From Balanoglossus misakiensis (taxonomy: Eukaryota; Animalia; Hemichordata), in the NCBI GenBank assembly GCA_040954595.2, contig CM082577.2, positions 4,824,301 to 4,888,300 of the forward strand: 64,000 nucleotides of DNA, read 5' to 3'. A program made the position numbers and the translations under genes. Positions 55,126 through 64,000 of the stretch are shown here, in pieces (the stretch's first letter is position 1; each line of letters begins with the position of its first letter). Below the pieces are notes generated by a model that saw only the letters and a list, made by a program, of their open reading frames with translations, was not told where the DNA came from and searched no databases.

Positions 55126-58100
55126 AAAATGTCATTTTGATATTTTGGGCCTTTTTGAACAATTTTCATGGGTTATACATCATGATTTTTTTTTCGAAAA
55201 ATGACCAAATGTCGACTTGCCGAATTTTGATATTTTGGACCTTTTTGAACCAAAATTTCTTCATATTTTCACAAAAATCATGGCTTATAGCTTATTAAAA
55301 TCGTCCAAAAATGACAATTTTTCGAATATTCCGCAAAGTCGAAAAATTGTCATTTTTGGATGATTTTCATGAGCTATAACCCATGATTTTTTTCAAAAAT
55401 GAAGAAATTTTGAAAAATCGCAAAGTCGAAAAATCCTCGATTTTTGAAGATTTTCATGAGCTATAACCCATGATTTTTTCAAAAAATGACCAATTTTCGA
55501 AAATTCGCAAAGTCGAAAAATCCTCGATTTTTGAAGATTTTCATGAGCTATAACCCATGATTTTTTCAAAAATGACCAAATTTCGAAAATTCGCAAAGTC
55601 GAAAAATCCTCGATTTTTGATGATTTTCATGAGCTATAACCCATGATTTTTTCAAAAAATGACCAAATTTCGAAAATTCGCAAAGTCGAAAAATCCTCGA
55701 TTTTTGAAGATTTTCATGAGCTATAACCCATGATTTTTTCAAAAAATGACCAAATTTCGAAAATTCGCAAAGTCGAAAAATCCTCGATTTTTGAAGATTT
55801 TCATGAGCTATAACCCATGATTTTTTCAAAAAATGACCAAATTTCGAAAATTCGCAAAGTCGAAAAATCCTCGATTTTTGAAGATTTTCATGAGCTATAA
55901 CCCATGATTTTTTCAAAAAATGACCAATTTTCGAAATTTCGCAAAGTCGAAAAATCCTCGATTTTTGAAGATTTTCATGAGCTATAACCCATGAATTTTT
56001 CAAAAAATGACCAAATTTCGAAAATTCGCAAAGTCGAAAAATCCTCGATTTTTGAAGATTTTCATGAGCTATAACCCATGATTTTTTCAAAGAATGACCA
56101 AATTTCGAAAATTCGCAAAGTCGAAAAATCCTCGATTTTTGAAGATTTTCATGAGCTATAACCCATGATTTTTTCAAAGAATGACCAAATTTCGAAAATT
56201 CGCAAAGTCGAAAAATCCTCGATTTTTGAAGATTTTCATGAGCTATAACCCATGAATTTTTCAAAAAATGACCAAATTTCGAAAATTCGCAAAGTCGAAA
56301 AATCCTCGATTTTTGAAGATTTTCATGAGCTATAACCCATGAATTTTTCAAAAAATGACCAAATTTCGAAAATTCGCAAAGTCGAAAAATCCTCGATTTT
56401 TGAAGATTTTCCTGAGCTATAACCCATGATTTTTTCAAAAAATGACCAATTTTCAAAAATTCGCAAAGTCGAAAAATCCTCGATTTTTGAAGATTTTCCT
56501 GAGCTATAACCCATGATTTTTTCAAAAAATGACCAATTTTCGAAAATTCGCAAAGTCGAAAAATCCTCGATTTTTGAAGATTTTCATGAGCTATAACCCA
56601 TGATTTTTTCAAAAAATGACCAATTTTCGAAAATTCGCAAAGTCGAAAAATCCTCGATTTTTGAAGATTTTCATGAGCTATAACCCATGATTTTTTCAAA
56701 AAATGACCAAATTTCGAAAATTCGCAAAGTCGAAAAATCCTCGATTTTTGAAGATTTTCATGAGCTATAACCCATGATTTTTTCAAAAAATGACCAAATT
56801 TCGAAAATTCGCAAAGTCGAAAAATCCTCGATTTTTGAAGATTTTCATGAGCTATAACCCATGATTTTTTCAAAAAATGACCAAATTTCGAAAATTCGCA
56901 AAGTCGAAAAATCCTCGATTTTTGAAGATTTTCATGAGCTATAACCCATGATTTTTTCAAAAAATGACCAAATTTCGAAAATTCGCAAAGTCGAAAAATC
57001 CTCGATTTTTGAAGATTTTCATGAGCTATAACCCATGATTTTTTCAAAAAATGACCAAATTACGAAAATTCGCAAAGTCGAAAAATCCTCGATTTTTGAA
57101 GATTTTCATGAGCTATAACCCATGATTTTTTCAAAAAATGACCAAATTTCGAAAATTCGCAAAGTCGAAAAATCCTCGATTTTTGAAGATTTTCATGAGC
57201 TATAACCCATGATTTTTTCAAAAAATGACCAAATTTCGAAAATTCGCAAAGTCGAAAAATCCTCGATTTTTGAAGATTTTCATGAGCTATAACCCATGAT
57301 TTTTTCAAAAAATGACCAAATTTCGAAAATTCGCAAAGTCGAAAAATCCTCGATTTTTGAAGATTTTCATGAGCTATAACCCATGATTTTTTCAAAAAAT
57401 GACCAAATTTCGAAAATTCGCAAAGTCGAAAAATCCTCGATTTTTGATGATTTTCATGAGCTATAACCCACTATTTTTTCAAAAAATGACCAAATTTCGA
57501 AAATTCGCAAAGTCGAAAAATCCTCGATTTTTGAAGATTTTCATGAGCTATAACCCATGATTTTTTCAAAAAATGACCAAATTACGAAAATTCGCAAAGT
57601 CGAAAAATCCTCGATTTTTGAAGATTTTCATGAGCTAAAACCCATGATTTTTTCAAAAAATGACCAAATTTCGAAAATTCGCAAAGTCGAAAAATCCTCG
57701 ATTTTTGAAGATTTTCATGAGCTATAACCAATGATTTTTTCAAAAAATGACCAAATTTCGAAAATTCGCAAAGTCGAAAAATCCTCGATTTTTGAAGATT
57801 TTCATGAGCTATAACCCATGATTTTTTCAAAAAATGACCAAATTTCGAAAATTCGCAAAGTCGAAAAATCCTCGATTTTTGAAGATTTTCATGAGCTATA
57901 ACCCATGATTTTTTCAAAAAATGACCAAATTTCGAAAATTCGCAAAGTCGAAAAATCCTCGATTTTTGAAGATTTTCATGAGCTATAACCCATGATTTTT
58001 TCAAAAAATGACCAAATTTCGAAAATTCGCAAAGTCGAAAAATCCTCGATTTTTGAAGATTTTCATGAGCTATAACCCATGATTTTTTCAAAAAATGACC

Positions 58101-61100
58101 AAATTTCGAAAATTCGCAAAGTCGAAAAATCCTCGATTTTTGAAGATTTTCATGAGCTATAACCCATGATTTTTTCAAAAAATGACCAAATTTCGAAAAT
58201 TCGCAAAGTCGAAAAATCCTCGATTTTTGATGATTTTCATGAGCTACCCATGATTTTTTCAAAAAATGACCAAATTTCGAAAATTCGCAAAGTCGAAAAA
58301 TCCTCGATTTTTGAAGATTTTCATGAGCTATAACCCATGATTTTTTCAAAAAATGACCAAATTTCGAAAATTCGCAAAGTCGAAAAATCCTCGATTTTTG
58401 AAGATTTTCATGAGCTATAACCCATGATTTTTTCAAAAAATGACCAAATTACGAAAATTCGCAAAGTCGAAAAATCCTCGATTTTTGAAGATTTTCATGA
58501 GCTATAACCCATGATTTTTTCAAAAAATGACCAAATTTCGAAAATTCGCAAAGTCGAAAAATCCTCGATTTTTGAAGATTTTCATGAGCTATAACCCATG
58601 ATTTTTTCAAAAAATGACCAAATTTCGAAAATTCGCAAAGTCGAAAAATCCTCGATTTTTGAAGATTTTCATGAGCTATAACCCATGATTTTTTCAAAAA
58701 ATGACCAAATTACGAAAATTCGCAAAGTCGAAAAATCCTCGATTTTTGAAGATTTTCATGAGCTATAACCCATGATTTTTTCAAAAAATGACCAAATTTC
58801 GAAAATTCGCAAAGTCGAAAAATCCTCGATTTTTGAAGATTTTCATGAGCTATAACCTATGATTTTTTCAAAAAATGACCAAATTTCGAAAATTCGCAAA
58901 GTCGAAAAATCCTCGATTTTTGAAGATTTTCATGAGCTATAACCCATGATTTTTTCAAAAAATGACCAAATTACGAAAATTCGCAAAGTCGAAAAATCCT
59001 CGATTTTTGAAGATTTTCATGAGCTATAACCCATGATTTTTTCAAAAAATGAACAAATTTCGAAAATTCGCAAAGTCGAAAAATCCTCGATTTTTGAAGA
59101 TTTTCATGAGCTATAACCCATGATTTTTTCAAAAAATGACCAAATTTCGAAAATTCGCAAAGTCGAAAAATCCTCGATTTTTGAAGATTTTCATGAGCTA
59201 TAACCCATGATTTTTTCAAAAAATGACCAAATTTCGAAAATTCGCAAAGTCGAAAAATCCTCGATTTTTGAAGATTTTCATGAGCTATAACCCATGATTT
59301 TTTCAAAAAATGACCAAATTTCGAAAATTCGCAAAGTCGAAAAATCCTCGATTTTTGAAGATTTTCATGAGCTATAACCCATGATTTTTTCAAAAAATGA
59401 ACAAATTTCGAAAATTCGCAAAGTCGAAAAATCCTCGATTTTTGAAGATTTTCATGAGCTATAACCCATGATTTTTTCAAAAAATGACCAAATTTCGAAA
59501 ATTCGCAAAGTCGAAAAATCCTTGATTTTTGAAGATTTTCATGAGCTATAACCCATGATTTTTTCAAAAAATGACCAAATTTCGAAAATTCGCAAAGTCG
59601 AAAAATCCTCGATTTTTGAAGATTTTCATGAGCTATAACCCATGATTTTTTCAAAAAATGACCAAATTTCGAAAATTCGCAAAGTCGAAAAATCCTCGAT
59701 TTTTGAAGATTTTCATGAGCTATAACCCATGATTTTTTCAAAAAATGACCAAATTTCGAAAATTCGCAAAGTCGAAAAATCCTCGATTTTTGAAGATTTT
59801 CATGAGCTATAACCCATGATTTTTTCAAAAAATGACCAAATTTCGAAAATTCGCAAAGTCGAAAAATCCTCGATTTTTGAAGATTTTCATGAGCTATAAC
59901 CCATGATTTTTTCAAAAAATGACCAAATTTCGAAAATTCGCAAAGTCGAAAAATCCTCGATTTTTGAAGATTTTCATGAGCTATAACCCATGATTTTTTC
60001 AAAAAATGAACAAATTTCGAAAATTCGCAAAGTCGAAAAATCCTCGATTTTTGAAGATTTTCATGAGCTATAACCCATGATTTTTTCAAAAAATGACCAA
60101 ATTTCGAAAATTCGCAAAGTCGAAAAATCCTCGATTTTTGAAGATTTTCATGAGCTATAACCCATGATTTTTTCAAAAAATGACCAAATTTCGAAAATTC
60201 GCAAAGTCGAAAAATCCTCGATTTTTGAAGATTTTCATGAGCTATAACCCATGATTTTTTCAAAAAATGACCAAATTTCGAAAATTCGCAAAGTCGAAAA
60301 ATCCTCGATTTTTGAAGATTTTCATGAGCTATAACCCATGATTTTTTCAAAAAATGACCAAATTTCGAAAATTCGCAAAGTCGAAAAATCCTCGATTTTT
60401 GAAGATTTTCATGAGCTATAACCCATGATTTTTTCAAAAAATGACCAAATTTCGAAAATTCGCAAAGTCGAAAAATCCTCGATTTTTGAAGATTTTCATG
60501 AGCTATAACCCATGATTTTTTCAAAAAATGACCAAATTTCGAAAATTCGCAAAGTCGAAAAATCCTCGATTTTTGAAGATTTTCATGAGCTATAACCCAT
60601 GATTTTTTCAAAAAATGAACAAATTTCGAAAATTCGCAAAGTCGAAAAATCCTCGATTTTTGAAGATTTTCATGAGCTATAACCCATGATTTTTTCAAAA
60701 AATGACCAAATTTCGAAAATTCGCAAAGTCGAAAAATCCTCGATTTTTGAAGATTTTCATGAGCTATAACCCATGATTTTTTCAAAAAATGACCAAATTT
60801 CGAAAATTCGCAAAGTCGAAAAATCCTCGATTTTTGAAGATTTTCATGAGCTATAACCCATGATTTTTTCAAAAAATGACCAAATTTCGAAAATTCGCAA
60901 AGTCGAAAAATCCTCGATTTTTGAAGATTTTCATGAGCTATAACCCATGATTTTTTCAAAAAATGACCAAATTTCGAAAATTCGCAAAGTCGAAAAATCC
61001 TCGATTTTTGAAGATTTTCATGAGCTATAACCCATGATTTTTTCAAAAAATGACCAAATTTCGAAAATTCGCAAAGTCGAAAAATCCTCGATTTTTGAAG

Positions 61101-64000
61101 ATTTTCATGAGCTATAACCCATGATTTTTTCAAAAAATGACCAAATTTCGAAAATTCGCAAAGTCGAAAAATCCTCGATTTTTGAAGATTTTCATGAGCT
61201 ATAACCCATGATTTTTTCAAAAAATGACCAAATTTCGAAAATTCGCAAAGTCGAAAAATCCTCGATTTTTGAAGATTTTCATGAGCTATAACCCATGATT
61301 TTTTCAAAAAATGAACAAATTTCGAAAATTCGCAAAGTCGAAAAATCCTCGATTTTTGAAGATTTTCATGAGCTATAACCCATGATTTTTTCAAAAAATG
61401 ACCAAATTTCGAAAATTCGCAAAGTCGAAAAATCCTCGATTTTTGAAGATTTTCATGAGCTATAACCCATGATTTTTTCAAAAAATGACCAAATTTCGAA
61501 AATTCGCAAAGTCGAAAAATCCTCGATTTTTGAAGATTTTCATGAGCTATAACCCATGATTTTTTCAAAAAATGACGAAATTTCGAAAATTCGCAAAGTC
61601 GAAAAATCCTCGATTTTTGAAGATTTTCATGAGCTATAACCCATGATTTTTTCAAAAAATGACCAAATTTCGAAAATTCGCAAAGTCGAAAAATCCTCGA
61701 TTTTTGAAGATTTTCATGAGCTATAACCCATGATTTTTTCAAAAAATGACCAAATTTCGAAAATTCGCAAAGTCGAAAAATCCTCGATTTTTGAAGATTT
61801 TCATGAGCTATAACCCATGATTTTTTCAAAAAATGACCAAATTTCGAAAATTCGCAAAGTCGAAAAATCCTCGATTTTTGAAGATTTTCATGAGCTATAA
61901 CCCATGATTTTTTCAAAAAATGACCAAATTTCGAAAATTCGCAAAGTCGAAAAATCCTCGATTTTTGAAGATTTTCATGAGCTATAACCCATGATTTTTT
62001 CAAAAAATGACCAAATTTCGAAAATTCGCAAAGTCGAAAAATCCTCGATTTTTGAAGATTTTCATGAGCTATAACCCATGATTTTTTCAAAAAATGAACA
62101 AATTTCGAAAATTCGCAAAGTCGAAAAATCCTCGATTTTTGAAGATTTTCATGAGCTATAACCCATGATTTTTTCAAAAAATGACCAAATTTCGAAAATT
62201 CGCAAAGTCGAAAAATCCTCGATTTTTGAAGATTTTCATGAGCTATAACCCATGATTTTTTCAAAAAATGACCAAATTTCGAAAATTCGCAAAGTCGAAA
62301 AATCCTCGATTTTTGAAGATTTTCATGAGCTATAACCCATGATTTTTTCAAAAAATGACCAAATTTCGAAAATTCGCAAAGTCGAAAAATCCTCGATTTT
62401 TGAAGATTTTCATGAGCTATAACCCATGATTTTTTCAAAAAATGACCAAATTTCGAAAATTCGCAAAGTCGAAAAATCCTCGATTTTTGAAGATTTTCAT
62501 GAGCTATAACCCATGATTTTTTCAAAAAATGACCAAATTTCGAAAATTCGCAAAGTCGAAAAATCCTCGATTTTTGAAGATTTTCATGAGCTATAACCCA
62601 TGATTTTTTCAAAAAATGACCAAATTTCGAAAATTCGCAAAGTCGAAAAATCCTCGATTTTTGAAGATTTTCATGAGCTATAACCCATGATTTTTTCAAA
62701 AAATGACCAAATTTCGAAAATTCGCAAAGTCGAAAAATCCTCGATTTTTGAAGATTTTCATGAGCTATAACCCATGATTTTTTCAAAAAATGAACAAATT
62801 TCGAAAATTCGCAAAGTCGAAAAATCCTCGATTTTTGAAGATTTTCATGAGCTATAACCCATGATTTTTTCAAAAAATGACCAAATTTCGAAAATTCGCA
62901 AAGTCGAAAAATCCTCGATTTTTGAAGATTTTCATGAGCTATAACCCATGATTTTTTCAAAAAATGACCAAATTTCGAAAATTCGCAAAGTCGAAAAATC
63001 CTCGATTTTTGAAGATTTTCATGAGCTATAACCCATGATTTTTTCAAAAAATGACGAAATTTCGAAAATTCGCAAAGTCGAAAAATCCTCGATTTTTGAA
63101 GATTTTCATGAGCTATAACCCATGATTTTTTCAAAAAATGACCAAATTTCGAAAATTCGCAAAGTCGAAAAATCCTCGATTTTTGAAGATTTTCATGAGC
63201 TATAACCCATGATTTTTTCAAAAAATGACCAAATTTCGAAAATTCGCAAAGTCGAAAAATCCTCGATTTTTGAAGATTTTCATGAGCTATAACCCATGAT
63301 TTTTTCAAAAAATGACCAAATTTCGAAAATTCGCAAAGTCGAAAAATCCTCGATTTTTGATGATTTTCATGAGCTATAACCCACTATTTTTTCAAAAAAT
63401 GACCAAATTTCGAAAATTCGCAAAGTCGAAAAATCCTCGATTTTTGAAGATTTTCATGAGCTATAACCCATGATTTTTTCAAAAAATGACCAAATTACGA
63501 AAATTCGCAAAGTCGAAAAATCCTCGATTTTTGAAGATTTTCATGAGCTATAACCCATGATTTTTTCAAAAAATGACCAAATTTCGAAAATTCGCAAAGT
63601 CGAAAAATCCTCGATTTTTGAAGATTTTCATGAGCTATATAACCCATGATTTTTTCAAAAAATGACCAAATTTCGAAAATTCGCAAAGTCGAAAAATCCT
63701 CGATTTTTGAAGATTTTCATGAGCTATAACCCATGATTTTTTCAAAAAATGACCAAATTTCGAAAATTCGCAAAGTCGAAAAATCCTCGATTTTTGAAGA
63801 TTTTCATGAGCTATAACCCATGATTTTTTCAAAAAATGACCAAATTTCGAAAATTCGCAAAGTCGAAAAATCCTCGATTTTTGAAGATTTTCATGAGCTA
63901 TAACCCATGATTTTTTCAAAAAATGACCAAATTTCGAAAATTCGCAAAGTCGAAAAATCCTCGATTTTTGAAGATTTTCATGAGCTATAACCCATGATTT
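55126..64000. repeat. 87-bp satellite DNA array (~100 copies, continues beyond the window)
   Basis: Consensus ttcgaaaattcgcaaagtcgaaaaatcctcgatttttgaagattttcatgagctataacccatgattttttcaaaaaatgaccaaat; degenerate 55126-55400, near-identical afterwards. Confidence 0.98.

Noticed and set aside
55566-63919. Long minus-strand ORFs (up to 1445 aa) of 29-aa repeats
   Set aside because: 87 bp is 29 codons and one frame happens to lack a stop. Starts are TTG, the recurrent ttAcg variant creates stops, indels occur, and there is no synonymous-biased divergence. This is satellite DNA, not a protein gene.
55392-64000. CRISPR-like array
   Set aside because: No unique spacers, no cas genes, eukaryotic context.

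Overview
Eukaryotic (invertebrate animal, probably a deuterostome; taxon not provable here) genomic DNA with three parts. (1) 1-4552: 3' part of a TCF20/RAI1-family chromatin gene (+): a giant exon with AT-hooks plus three small exons that complete the extended PHD finger, then a long 3'UTR. (2) 9593-52243: a complete non-muscle/smooth-class myosin II heavy chain gene (+; MYH9/10/11/14 and zipper family), 37 constitutive coding exons, 1962 aa by my hand assembly. It has an 18.7 kb second intron, one U12-type intron, two candidate in-frame loop-1 microexons and several MITE-like palindromic insertions. (3) about 55.1 kb to the window end: an 87-bp AT-rich satellite of about 100 copies. Its monomer is a decayed head-to-head pair of ~43-bp halves, it begins at a near-perfect fold-back, and it carries nested higher-order variant patterns. 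The long minus-strand ORFs in the satellite, and almost all short ORFs, are artefacts. No prokaryotic or CRISPR-type system is present.
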